Source: Octopus sinensis
Taxonomy: Eukaryota
Direction: 5' to 3'
Assembly (NCBI RefSeq): GCF_006345805.1
Contig: NC_043018.1
Location: 15,128,001 to 15,192,000, forward strand
DNA: 64,000 bases
Positions 35,436-50,501 of this stretch are shown here, in pieces. The notes under the pieces were generated by a model. It worked only from the letters and a program-made list of their open reading frames with translations, was not told the DNA's origin and searched no databases. Position 1 is the first letter of the stretch, and each line of letters begins with the position of its first letter. Made by a program: the position numbers and the translations under genes.

Positions 35436-37280
35436 GTACACACACATACACACGCATACATGTGCACGCACACACACGCACACACACATATACGAGTGAG
35501 CGGACAATTAAAAGAAGAGAGCACATTTAGTAGAAGTTAAATGTATTACTATTTAAAACAGTTTGATTCGGCTCAATGCGACATAAAGTTTCGCAGGCTC
35601 GGATAGAAACCCGGCTTGCTCAGGCTCACATTACCGAATGAAGTAACATAAGAATTCCAAAATGGCTACTGGAAAATGAGCTGCTATTGGTCAAGGCGCG
35701 TCACGTGATGTTAGAAATGAGATCGGGCATTTCAGCAACACCAGATGCATTGGAAAAGAGAAATTCTTGGACCACGTGGCTGGACAGGAAGCTGGTGCCA
35801 CCTTGGTGTCTGGAAGACCTTTGATGGGACTTGGGAGTTCATAGAAGCAGATCGGCGAGAACGTGCGAGTGTGTGTATGTTTGCTTACCAGGTGTATGAA
35901 TGCGTGGATGTGTTGTGTGTGTGTGTGTGTGTCTGTGCATGTTTGAATAGTTATGTATACTCTTTTACTCTTTTAGTTGTTTCAGTCATTTGACTGCGGC
36001 CATGCTGGAGCACCGCCTTTTAGTCGAGCAACTCGACCCCGGGACTTATTCTTTGTAAGCCCAGTACTTATTCTATCGGTCTCTTTTTGCCGAACCGCTA
36101 AGTGACGGGGACGTAAACACACCAGCATCGGTTGTCAAGCAATGCTAGGAGGACAAACACAGACACATAAACATATACACACACACTTATATATATATAC
36201 ATATATACGACAGGCTTCTTTCAGTTTCTGTCTACCAAATCCACTCACAAGGCATTGGTCGGCGCGGGGCTATAGCAGAAGACACTTGCCCAAGATGCCA
36301 CGCAGTGGGACTGAACCCGGAACCATGTGGTTGGTTAGAAAGCTACTTACCACACAGCCACTCCGTCTGTATACATTTCCAAAAATGAATTAAAACGACT
36401 TTCCTGATAATCTCTCTACTTTAATGGTTGGATATTTAGAATGGTACCGTGACTGTTAGTCTTCCAGGGATCAGAGGTTGTTTTGTGTACGAAAGGGATC
36501 TCTGATTTGGGATTCAGTTTCTTGTATCACAACGGTTTTCAAATTGTTCTTTTTTGGTATTAGAATTCTTTTAATATACTCTTAGTCTCTATCCGGGTGT
36601 TGGTAGGAGTGTTACAAAGCAACATACACTCACGTCACCCACACAGAATCATCTCCAGCCACACACGGGCCCTTGTTCTCCCCCCCAATCTCTCTCCTTG
36701 TTCGTGGGTGAGATGTAAAGCGTTTATGTTAATCGGCTTCAATTAATCTCTCTCTCTCTCTCTCTCTCTTCCTTTACTCACCCTGTAGACGCATATTTCT
36801 GCGCGCGCACGAGTTTACCTCCAATGACCTCCTAAAATGCAACAAACCCCTTATTTTTGTTCGGAAAAAAAAAAGGAAGAGTGGGAAAACCAGAACCCAC
36901 CCCACCATATCCCGGAATCAGTGCCAGAGCCGACGGCACGTAAAAAGTACCATTCGAGCGTGATCGATGCTAGTGCCATCTGATTGACCCACGTGCCAGT
37001 CACACCTGAAAAGCACCCAGTACCTGAGAAGGACATTGCCAAAAGTGGTTCAATGACCAGCCTGGAGCGCCATATCTGAACAGCCGTACTCAATCGTCTT
37101 ATTCTCTATATATACATACGTACATACATATACAATATTCATACATACGTATATATACATATATATATATATATAATATATATTATACATATATATATAT
37201 ACATATTATATATATACATATACATATACATATATATACATATATATACATATACATATATATACATATATATACATATA

Positions 37281-37380
37281 NNNNNNNNNNNNNNNNNNNN
37301 NNNNNNNNNNNNNNNNNNNNNNNNNNNNNNNNNNNNNNNNNNNNNNNNNNNNNNNNNNNNNNNNNNNNNNNNNNNNNNNN
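37281..37380. other. Assembly gap (100 N)
   Basis: Run of n. Confidence 1.
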
Positions 37381-38036
37381 TGTGTTTGTAAGATCTGGTA
37401 GGATGGTGTGTCCGTTTGTCAACCGCGTGTGTGGTTGTCTTGGTGTTGTGTGTGTGTGTATGTATGTATGTGTGTGGATGGCATTTGGCATGGTGCTGCG
37501 TGTGTATATGTGTGCCCGTTTGTGTGTGTGTGTTAATGTTTATTAGTGTGTTGCGTGTGCGTTAGTGTGTATGTGTTTGTTCGTATGTGTGTCCATGTCT
37601 GTTGGGTGTATCTGTGTGGCATGCGTGTATATGCGTTTTGCGTGTGTTGGTATTGAGTATGTGCTTGTGTGTGTGCGTACACACGGTGTGGGTGTACGCG
37701 TCTGTGTGTGTATATACATTTATACATGTGTCTACGCGTGTGTGCGGGCCATACACACACACTACATACATATATATATATATATATATCATACATATAC
37801 ATACCACACACATATATACATACCACACACATATATACATTACACACACACACACCATACACACACACACACACCACGCACACATACAACACACATATAC
37901 ATATAACATACACACACAATACACACACATACAACATACATATATATACTACACACACACACACAACACATATATATAATATATATGTATATATAATATA
38001 CATATATATAACATATATAAATATATATAAATCATC
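37381..38036 (-). repeat. Inverted copy of the PLE 3' region (~40200-40950) abutting the PLE 5' truncation
   Basis: Unique anchors (ggcccgcacacacgcgtagac; caccaagacaaccacacacgcggttgacaaacggacacaccatcctaccagatcttac) are present in reverse complement. The block ~40660-40830 is missing from this arm. Confidence 0.85.
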
Positions 38037-40355
38037 CATACGCTACGAGACAATCATGACGTCACAATAAAGGAAGCAGATAAGGGTAGTACGGTCGTTA
38101 TTATAAATACTGAGCAATATAAAAACTCTGTATCTCACCTTTTAGAGGATACTACCTTCTATGAAAGAGTAGTCGACTACCAGCAATCCAAAACAATGAC
38201 CAAACTGAAGGCACTCATTTACCAACACCGGAATGACTTAACGGCTAAGGAATGCGACTACATAAACTTTAATTGCAAAACCAGCACATTCTATGGGCTT
38301 CCAAAAATACACAAGAATGAAATTATCACAGAAGCTTGCAAAAAGTACACTTTAACCTGCATCACTATACCACATCCCACTGATCTCAAACTGAGACCAA
38401 TAGTGGCAGGCCCAAGTTGTGAAACACACAGACTTAGCAACTTTATCGATATCATCCTAAAACCAATACTGAAACACATTCCAGGTATTGTAAGAGATGA
38501 CCTTGACCTATTAAATCATCTCCCCAAACATACCGATAAAGACACTTTAATCGTTTCCTTTGATGTAATAAACCTTTACACCACAATCCCACATGAATAT
38601 GGACTGGGAGCCATTAAATTCTGGCTGGATAAATATCCCAATGAGATCCCGGAAAGAATAAAAAAAGATTCATCATTGAGGGCCTCAAATTATTCTGCAA
38701 AAAACTTCATGATTTCAATAATAACACTTACAGACAGGTTTCAGGAACTGCAATGGGTACGAAAGTTTCCCCTACCTATGCAAACCTGGTGATGGCCTAC
38801 CTGGAATCACATATTTATGAAAAATCAAATATTAGTACGGCCAGTCTTTCCACAAATAACTGTTGGAGAACTGGAAACGCTACTTAGATGATTGCCTCAT
38901 CCTATGGTCCCACACACTCGGCCAACTTATTGACTTCGAAAACCTTATCAACAGTGTAAATAACCACATTCAATTCACAATAGAATATAGTCAGGACCAA
39001 CTCCATTTTCTTGACATTCTAATCATTAAAAAAGGCATCAACATTGAAACTGACATCCATTACAAACCCACTGACTCTAAACAATACCTTCTATTCACCT
39101 CCAATCACCCAAAACACACAAAGACAAATATCCCCTTCAACTTAGCGAGAAGAATCTGCACAATCGTCTCAAATGACACAACACGAAATAGATGACTCCG
39201 GGAACTAAGGGCAATTCTTCTCGAAAGACATTACCCGGCATCACTAGTGGACAACGGAATAGAACGGGCCAAATCAATTAACACTCAAGACTTACGAAAA
39301 CCTAAACACATCCACAGAACAGTAAATAGCCTCCCCTATCTCTCAACACACAACCCAAGAAATGCAGAAGCTTGCACTATTATATACAACATTCCACAGC
39401 TAAATCAAGACCCACGCCTAAAAAAATTACTAGCAGCTCATAAAATAATAAAAAGTAAGAGACAACCTAAATCCCTAAAAAACCTCCTCATCAACGCAAA
39501 ATTACACAACACAAACCCACCGCCCACCGTCAAAAAATGTGGTCGTCCCAACTGCAGGACTTGCATCCACCTCATTGAGGGATCGACATACAAGTTCCGG
39601 TCGGGACACACATTCATCATAAAAAATAATTTCACGTGCGCATCAAAAAATTTACTCTACGTCATAAGGTGTGAAGGGTGCCACGAAGACTACATAGGGC
39701 AAACGAGCCTTACCCTCAGAGAAAGAATGACAGTTCACCGCCAACAACCGAGGGACCACTCCACAAGACAGATACCACTAAGTGGACACTTAGACCTCTG
39801 TGCACACAATAAGTCCCCCAAATTCTTAGTTTTCCCACTATACCAATGCCCGGACAACACCACAGACCAAACCCGAATAAATAGGGAAAATAATCTTATT
39901 CAAAAATACAGACCACAACTAAACATACTCTAACATACCCCCCAGGCACACATCCAAAACAAACACCCAAAGACACTCGCACCGTATCATGCAAACAAAC
40001 ACATACACACATCAGCACACATGCAGCACACTAACAAACATTGACCACACACATACACAACACACACACGCACACATTATATATATGTATGTTATGTATG
40101 TATATGTATGCGTTGTGTGTGTGTGTATATGTATATATGTATGCATTATATGTATGTATGTATTTATGTGTGTATATATGTTGTATATATGTATGTATAT
40201 TTTGTGTGTGTGTATTATATATATGTATGTTGTGTGTGTGTATATTGTGTGTGTGTATATTATATGTATATGTGTGTTGTATGTGTGTGTGTGTTGTGTA
40301 TGTGTGTGTGTGGTGTGTGTGTAATGTATATATGTGTGTGGTATGTATATGTATG

Positions 40356-40395
<40 letters not shown>

Positions 40396-41100
40396 TGTAT
40401 GTATGGCCCGCACACACGCGTAGACACATGTATACATGTATATACACACACAAAGACGCGTACACCCACACCGTGTGTACGCACACACACAAGCACATAC
40501 TCAATACCAACACACGCAAAACGCATATACACGCATGCCACACAGATACACCTAACAGACATGGACACACATACGAACAAACACATACACACTAACGCAC
40601 ACGCAACACACTAATAAACATTAACCACACACACACACACACACAAACGGGCACACATATACACACACCATCGTACCCCAAAAAATTCTTTAAATAACAC
40701 ATCTATTTACACCACCCTGGAACCAATCAAAAACAGCCCCCACACACAAACACATGTATACATATATATGCACACACACAAGGACACACACACTCACACC
40801 AATCTCACCTCCACACAGACACACATATACACACGCAGCACCATGCCAAATGCCATCAACACACATACATACATACACACACACACACACAACACCAAGA
40901 CAACCACACACGCGGTTGACAAACGGACACACCATCCTACCAGATCTTACAGACACACAGACACATCTATTCACACCACATACGTATGTATGCACGCACA
41001 CACACACACACACACAAAGACACACACACTCACCCCATCCTGACCCCAAAATCATTGATGCTTGAAGGAGAGACAAAAAAAGAAAAAGGGTAAATTCTTT
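38037..41100 (+). mobile_element. Penelope-like element, 5'-truncated: RT + GIY-YIG endonuclease (frameshifted, with stops) and a long low-complexity 3' region
   Basis: IKEADKG, LRPIV, VSFDVINLYTTIPH, GTAMGTKV.P.YANL, WKRYLDD, YKPTD..YL..SNHP, NLLYVIRC..C..DYIGQT..LRERM..H across ORFs 38196-38792, 38863-39195 and 39247-39933. Confidence 0.9.
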
Positions 41101-41149
41101 TCAGTTCCACATTATATATATATATATATATATATATATTCATGTATAA

Positions 41150-44057
41150 CTACAGGGATGACACGCAATCATCAAGCAGAGGCAGAGTCCCTGCTCCATC
41201 TCACAAATGCCTCTTTCATGGAGCAAATTGTGCTGCAACCAACCAGGGCAAATAATATACTGGATCTCTGCTTCACAGACAATATGGACATCTCTCTCTA
41301 TATAAATGGCAAAATGTATGTCTGTCTGTGTATGTGCATCCTTATACAAATCCACAATTTTTTAGTTAGAGGGCTCGCACTTTCTATGGTCATTCAAAAC
41401 CGTCCAAGGGTGGTCGTGCACATCTTTACATTTCCCCAGTCACCCTGCAAAGCCATTAAAAAATCAATAGAAATGACTTTTTTGTGAATTTTCTATCCAA
41501 AACCCAATCAAAATGCCCAAAATTTGATACGCCAATTGAATGCCAGCTAGCTGTATGTGATCGGTCGGAGATTTGGACAGTACTCGCGTGTATGTGCGCA
41601 CTCACGCAGCTGTATATGTATGCATTAGCACTATGACTCCGCAACGCCGGGTCATAGTGCTAGTTATCCATAATGTTAAAGTGATGCCGACATTGGTCTC
41701 GGATCACAACATAGAGCTGTCTATGTATGGACCAAAAGCCCCCGCAAACGCACAGCCTATACGAAGCATCCACAATTTCTCCAAGCTAAACTTTCATAAA
41801 GCAAATTGGAAGTTGATTGAGAAACAGATCCTCAAACAGGATTGGCCTAAATGTCTTTCCACACCAGACATTGACATGAAACACAAATGTTTCATGTCCA
41901 TAATACAAGCCATATGTGACAAATGTCCCAGTGTGCAGGGCCAGCACACACAAAAACAGGATCCCTAAAGAAAGGAAGATTCTTATGAGACAACAGACAA
42001 GGATTGCGAACCGCCTGAGAAGCACACCAGAAGTGGTGAGAAGTCTCGCCTCGAGAGAATGCTAATGGAAATTGAGAAAAGTCTGCATCAGTCCCATGAA
42101 AAGGAGAGAGCAGATAAAGAAGCTTGGGTAATAGAAAATATCAACTCAAACCCTAAAGATTTCTTTAAGTTTGCCAAAGAGACAGCCACAATGCGCCAGA
42201 GGATAGGACCTCTCTTCCAAAAAGATGGTTCCCTCACAGGAAATCCCACGAGGGTAAGTGAAATACTGAACGAACAGTTCCAAAGTGTGTTCACTACACC
42301 TCTAGGACACAGGCAAGTAAACAAAGCAGAAGAATTCTTTGCCACTTTACCTGTAGCCAAAGAGGCAAAAATTGAGTACATCAACATTGAAGATGATGAT
42401 ATCATACTGGCCATAGATGAGATTGACACAAACTTAGCTGCTGGACCTGATGGATTTCCAGCGATCCTTCTCAAATCGTGCAAACGAGCCCTTGCAAAAC
42501 CGCTACAGCTTCTTTTTCAGAGCTTTCTTGCAAGTAGTAAGCTTCCAGTCAAATTGAAAGAAGGGATAATATGCCCTATCCATAAGGGAGGAAGCAGAGC
42601 AGATGCTAAAAATTACAAGCCTATCTCTCTGACCTCACACATCAGCAAAGTCATGGAACGAATAGTCCGCAAGAAACTAATCATGTTCCTTGAAGAAAAT
42701 GACTTGATGACTGACACTCAGCATGGATTTCGACCAGGTAGAAGCTGTCTAACACAGCTCCTGCAACACTATTACTGGTTGTTAAAACAGCTACTAAATG
42801 GCTCAAGTGTGGATGTGATATATCTCAACTTTGCAAAAGCCTTTAATAAAGTCGACCATGGTATGATCTGTCACAAACTGCGTGATCTCGGCATAGGAGG
42901 AAAACTTAGAGAGTGGCTGCACAACTTCCTAAAAGATAGAAGGCAGGCAGTGGTGGCCAATGGAGCCACCTCAAAGGAAACACAAATAACAAGTGGTGTT
43001 CCATAGGGCACTGTCTTGGGGCCACTGATGTTCATAGTGGCCCTTTCAGACATGCCCTCAGTTGCTGGCCACCCTTGCTAGCTATGCAGATGACACAAAA
43101 GTCTCTCACACAATACAAAACCCTGGAAATATAGCATATCTGTAACGGGAGTTGGATACAATATACAGGTGGGCTGAGGACAACAACATGCAGTTTAATG
43201 CAGGTAAGTTCCAAGCCCTGCGTCTACCGGCACACAAAGGTGAATGACATGCAGACTGGATACACTGGCTCGGGAAGAATTGTAATTCCTGAGTCAAAAT
43301 CAGTGCGTGACCTGGACATTGACATGAGCAATGATGCATCTTTTCAAGTGCATATTACTAATTTGGTAATGAAATGCAGACGGCTAGCTGGATGGATTCT
43401 CCGAACTTTCAGAACAAGAGAGGAGGAGACACTGATGGTCTTTTGGAAGACTTTCGTCCTCAGCCACTTGGACTCCTACTCCCAACTATGGTTACCACAC
43501 AATATAAAGTTAACAGCATAACTCGAAGCAATCCAACAAAGCTACACTAAGAAGATCATCTCAATGCAACATATCACCGACTGGGAAAGACTATGCAGCA
43601 TATAAGCTATTGGGTAAGACTCAAGAGAAAGATATGCCATAATGTACATCTGGAAGATCCTGGAAGGACTTGTCCCAAACATTGGCATCGAGAGTTACAC
43701 AAATACAAGAACTGGGCGCCACTGCATGGTGCCAGGGACTCCAAATTTGCTATTAGGACAAGATACTGAAATAGCCTGGGCTTCAGAGGTCCACAGCTCT
43801 TTAATATTCTCCCGAGGGACCTGAGAGACCCGCATGGGATGGATGTAGATGTGTTCAAAATAAAGCTGGACCTTTTCTTGTCAGGTGTCCCAGAGGAACC
43901 AACTTCGCAGCAGGAGGTGCAGATGAGGGCAGCTGCATCAAACTCTCTCATGCACCAAATGTCAATTGCTAAAAAGCATTGGTGAAGTAAAATCATGTAG
44001 CAACACCAAAAGGCGATGCCCCAGCATGGCCACAGCTCGTGAGCTGAAATAAAAAAA
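41150..44057 (+). mobile_element. CR1-clade LINE, 5'-truncated (APE C-terminus + RT), degenerate, with 3' tail
   Basis: QPTRANNILDL, SDHN, KPISLTSHISKVMERIV, QHGFRPGRSCLTQLL, AKAFNKVDH, SGVP*GTVLGP, YADDT; A-rich end at ~44050. Confidence 0.9.
41291..41663 (+). mobile_element. Non-autonomous Helitron inserted in the CR1 endonuclease region
   Basis: A|TC...gcaacgccggg...CTAG|T. Removing it restores MDIIHNVKVMPTLVSDHN. Confidence 0.85.
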
Positions 44058-46180
44058 TGACAAATATGTATATGTATGTATGTATATATATATATACATA
44101 CATTTATATATATATACATTTATATATACATACATTTATATATATATACATATATACACATTTATATATACAAACATTTATATATATATACATATATACA
44201 CATTTATATATACAAACATTTATATATATATACATATATACACATTTATATATACAAACATTTATATATATACATATATACACATTTATATATACAAACA
44301 TTTATATATATACATATATACACATTTATATATACAAACATTTATATATATACATATATATACATATTTATATATACAAACATTTATATATATACATATA
44401 TATACATATTTATATATACAAACATTTATATATATACATATATATACATATATACACATTTATATATACAAACATTTATATATATACATATATATACATA
44501 TATACACATTTATATATACAAACATTTATATATACATATATATACATATACATATATATACATATATATACATATATACACATTTATATATACAAACATT
44601 TATATATACATATATATATTACATATTATATACATATATATATACATATATATATATACATATATATATATACATATATATACAATATATATACATATAT
44701 ATATACATATATCATATATATATATACATATATACATATATATACATATACATATACATATACATATATATATATATACATATATACATACAATATATAT
44801 ATATACATATATACATATACATATATCATATACATATTATACATATACACATATATATATATATACATATATACATATATATATATAATACATATATACA
44901 TATATCATAGACATATATATATATACATATATACATATACATATATACATATACATATATATATATACCATATATATATATACAATATATACATATATAT
45001 ATATATATACATATAACATATATATATATATATCATATACATATATACTACATATATAATATATATATATATATACTATATACCTATACATATATATATA
45101 CATATATAAAACATATACATATATACATATACATAACATATACACATATACATATATACATATCATATATACATATATATATACATATATATATATACAT
45201 ATATATATATACTCTATATATATACAATATAGATATCAGATAATATATACATATATATATATATACATATATATACATATATACATATATACATATATAC
45301 ATATATACATATATATATATATACATTATACATATATATATACATATATATATATACATATACATATATATATATACATATATACATATTACATATACAT
45401 ATATATATATACATATACATATATATATATACATATATATATATATACATATATACATATACATATATATATATATACATATATACATATACATATATAT
45501 ATATATATACATATATACATATATACATATATATATACATATATACATATATACATATACATATATATACATATATATATACATATATACATATATACAT
45601 ATACATATATATACATATATACATATACATATATATATATATACATATATACATATATACATATATATATACATATATACATATATACATATACATATGT
45701 ATATACATATATACATATACATATATATATACATATATACATATATAGATATACATATATATATATATATACATATATACATATACATATATATATATAT
45801 ACACATATATACATACATATACATATACATATATATACACATATATACATACATATATATATATACACATATATACATACATATATATATATACACATAT
45901 ATACATACATATATATATACACATATATACATACATATATATATATACACATATATACATACATATATATATATATACACATATATACATACATATATAT
46001 ATATATACACATATATACATACATTATATATATACACATATATACATACATATATATATATACACATATATACATACATATATATATATACACATATATA
46101 CATACATATATATATATACACATATATACATACATATATATATATACACATATATACATACATATATATATATACACATA

Positions 46181-46214
<34 letters not shown>

Positions 46215-46224
46215 ATATATATAT

Positions 46225-46276
<52 letters not shown>

Positions 46277-46283
46277 TATATAC

Positions 46284-46351
<68 letters not shown>

Positions 46352-46354
46352 ACA

Positions 46355-46431
<77 letters not shown>

Positions 46432-46433
46432 TA

Positions 46434-46466
<33 letters not shown>

Positions 46467-46467
46467 C

Positions 46468-46499
<32 letters not shown>

Positions 46500-46519
46500 C
46501 ATATATAATATATATATAC

Positions 46520-46571
<52 letters not shown>

Positions 46572-46585
46572 CTATATATATATAC

Positions 46586-46636
<51 letters not shown>

Positions 46637-46834
46637 CATATATATCTATATAATATACTATATATATATATACATATATATATATACATATAATATATAT
46701 AACATATATATATTACTATATAGATATATATACATATATATATATATACATATATCTATATATACATATATATATATATAGCATATATATATATATAACA
46801 CATATATATATATATACATATAATATATATATAC

Positions 46835-46867
<33 letters not shown>

Positions 46868-46902
46868 CATATATATATTATATACATATATAATATATAT
46901 CC

Positions 46903-46953
<51 letters not shown>

Positions 46954-46975
46954 CATATATATAATATATATACAT

Positions 46976-47006
<31 letters not shown>

Positions 47007-47110
47007 TACATATATATATATATACATATTATATATATCCATATATATATATCTATATAATATATATACATATATATAATATATACATATATATATATAT
47101 ACATATATAG

Positions 47111-47143
<33 letters not shown>

Positions 47144-47176
47144 CATATATATACATATATATATATATATATACAT

Positions 47177-47210
<34 letters not shown>

Positions 47211-47231
47211 CATATATATATCTATAATACG

Positions 47232-47279
<48 letters not shown>

Positions 47280-47290
47280 ATACATATACA

Positions 47291-47322
<32 letters not shown>

Positions 47323-47425
47323 CCATTATATATATATACATATATATATATATACATATATATATATTATACATATATATATATATATATAACATATATT
47401 ATATATACATATATATATATATTAC

Positions 47426-47498
<73 letters not shown>

Positions 47499-47626
47499 CA
47501 TATATATATATATATCCATTATATATATACATATATATATATATACATATATATATACATATATATATATACATATATACTAAGACATATATATATATTA
47601 TATACATATATATATAATATATATAC

Positions 47627-47659
<33 letters not shown>

Positions 47660-47745
47660 CATATATATATATACCATATATTATATATACATATATATCT
47701 ATAATACATATATATATATATAATACATATATATATATATCATCT

Positions 47746-47797
<52 letters not shown>

Positions 47798-47826
47798 CAT
47801 ATATCTATATATACATATATATATAC

Positions 47827-47878
<52 letters not shown>

Positions 47879-47886
47879 ATAGATAC

Positions 47887-47938
<52 letters not shown>

Positions 47939-47988
47939 ATATAAATATATATATATACATATATATATATACATATATATATATATAC

Positions 47989-48026
<38 letters not shown>

Positions 48027-48567
48027 AATATATATATATATACATATACACATATATATTATATATACATATACATATATAATATACATATACACATATA
48101 TATATACATATATATATATACATATATATATATACATATATATATATACATATATATATAACATATATATATATATACATATACATATATATAAGACATA
48201 TATATATTATATATACATATACATATTTACATGTATACATATACATATATACATATATATATACATAACATATACACATATTTACATGTATACATATACA
48301 TATATACATATATATATACATATACACATATATATATATACATATACACATATATATATATATACATATATATACATATATATATATATATACATATATA
48401 CACATATATATACATATATATATACATATACATATATACACATATATATACATATATATATACATATACATATATACATATATATATATTTACATTTATA
48501 CATACATGCATTTATATATACATCCATTTATATATATATACATTTATATAGATACAGTAATATATAT

Positions 48568-48652
<85 letters not shown>
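44058..48652. repeat. ~4.6-kb (TA)n/(TATACA)n low-complexity array
   Basis: Direct reading; strand-asymmetric (C-rich, almost G-free on plus). Confidence 0.95.
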
Positions 48653-48656
<4 letters not shown>

Positions 48657-48783
48657 ATCCATACATGAAAACACAAAGAGAAAACAACAACAACGCGAGG
48701 ACGTGGAACAAGTATAGTATTATTGGACGCTCAGGAAAGAAGGAAAGAAGGAGGGTTTAACGTTTCGAGCGGAGCTCTTCATT

Positions 48784-48818
<35 letters not shown>

Positions 48819-49170
48819 CATACATATATATATATATATACATTATATATATTATATATAATATATATATATATAAATGAAACGTTTCAAGTAGCTATAT
48901 TCGTGCACGTGCACGCACCTTGACGCGTGCGCGCATCTATCTATCTATCTATCTATCTTTATATACACATAAATATATCCATATTCATACACGCACGCAC
49001 ACACACACATGTACATAAATATATGTGCATATACTCATACATACATATATCGATAACAATAACCATTTGATACATTATGTGCAACATGTAAGAAAAACTG
49101 TTGTGTTTATATATACATGTATGTGTGTGTGTGTGTATGTGTAATGTATATATGCATTCAAGAATGCATG

Positions 49171-49174
<4 letters not shown>

Positions 49175-49201
<27 letters not shown>

Positions 49202-49235
49202 GTAGGTAGGTAGGTAGGTAGGTAGGTAGGTAGGT

Positions 49236-49285
<50 letters not shown>

Positions 49286-49299
49286 ACAGACAGACAGAC

Positions 49300-49378
<79 letters not shown>

Positions 49379-49380
49379 AA
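49175..49380. repeat. Compound tetranucleotide microsatellite (GACA)/(GGTA)/(GGCA)/(GACA)/(GATA)
   Basis: Direct reading. Confidence 0.95.
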
Positions 49381-50382
49381 AATAGATACATACATACATA
49401 AGTAACTATAAGAATTTCAAGCTAAAAACTTTAGCCAAATAAAGAATTGCGACTCACTCATTATCTGTAGCAAATATTGTCTGGTAATATCTGCGATTTG
49501 ATATTCACTTGTTTTTATTCCATATATGTCAAGTGCGTGAGTGCGGAGAAATAAAAAATGCCAATAAAATTAGATGGAAGGAGCAGAAGTGACGTTGCCA
49601 GAAAATGCGGCTGACTTTGGTTGATGCTTGGCTTCTTAGCGAGTGGCCCGAATTACTACTACTAACTGTCGGTACATTGGTAAACTAGTGTAGTTTGGAA
49701 GAGACAACTAACGCCTGTGACACACTGCAATTTAACTGACAATTGTACTTGACATTTAAAATGGATTAACCATTATGTTGATAATGACAATCTTCTTTGA
49801 TTCAATGGCGCAAACTTTTGTTTTAAAATGTTCGAATTTAAAGTAAAACTTCCCTAAAAATATGTGTGTGTGTATGTAAGTGTGTGTAAGTGTGTATGTT
49901 GGTATGTGTCTGTGAGAGAGAGAGAGATGAAGGAAACTATAATATTATCAGGATATTTTAAAATAAAACATTAACTGCTTACAAGTTGATAATGTTGTTT
50001 GTACCCTTCCATAAAGAAACTGTTATTATTCGCGCCGGACCAAAATGTTTTGTGACATTTCTTCCACTTCTTAACGTGCTGAGCTGAAATGCCGCCAAGG
50101 TCGACTTTGCCATTCAAACTTTCGACGTCGATTATTTAAAAAAAGTTCCAGCAAGGCACTAGGGTTGATGTATTCGACTTCTCCCCTCTCGTCAAAATTG
50201 CTGGCCGTATGTCAAAATCGGAAAGGTTTATTATCGACTTAGAAATATTGTTGAGGAATTTCTCTAGCGCAAATATTCCTCAATATTCCACAGACTTCTT
50301 CGTCGGTGCCACTCTGTTGCATGTCCCTACTTTTTCTGCTTGTATATTAAGTAATTGTAATAGGTAAGGAATATATATATAT

Positions 50383-50437
<55 letters not shown>

Positions 50438-50461
50438 ATTATAAGCTATAGGCTTATAAAA

Positions 50462-50501
<40 letters not shown>

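Noticed and set aside
38196-43521. Intact, active RT genes or telomerase
   Set aside because: Both the PLE and CR1 ORFs have frameshifts and stops; the motifs and GIY-YIG/APE domains identify retrotransposons, not TERT.
29784-49399. Many long ORFs (YIYI.., MYVC.., HTHT.., ERER.., LSLS..)
   Set aside because: They are translations of (TA)n, (TACA)n, (CA)n and (GA)n microsatellites, which lack stops by composition.
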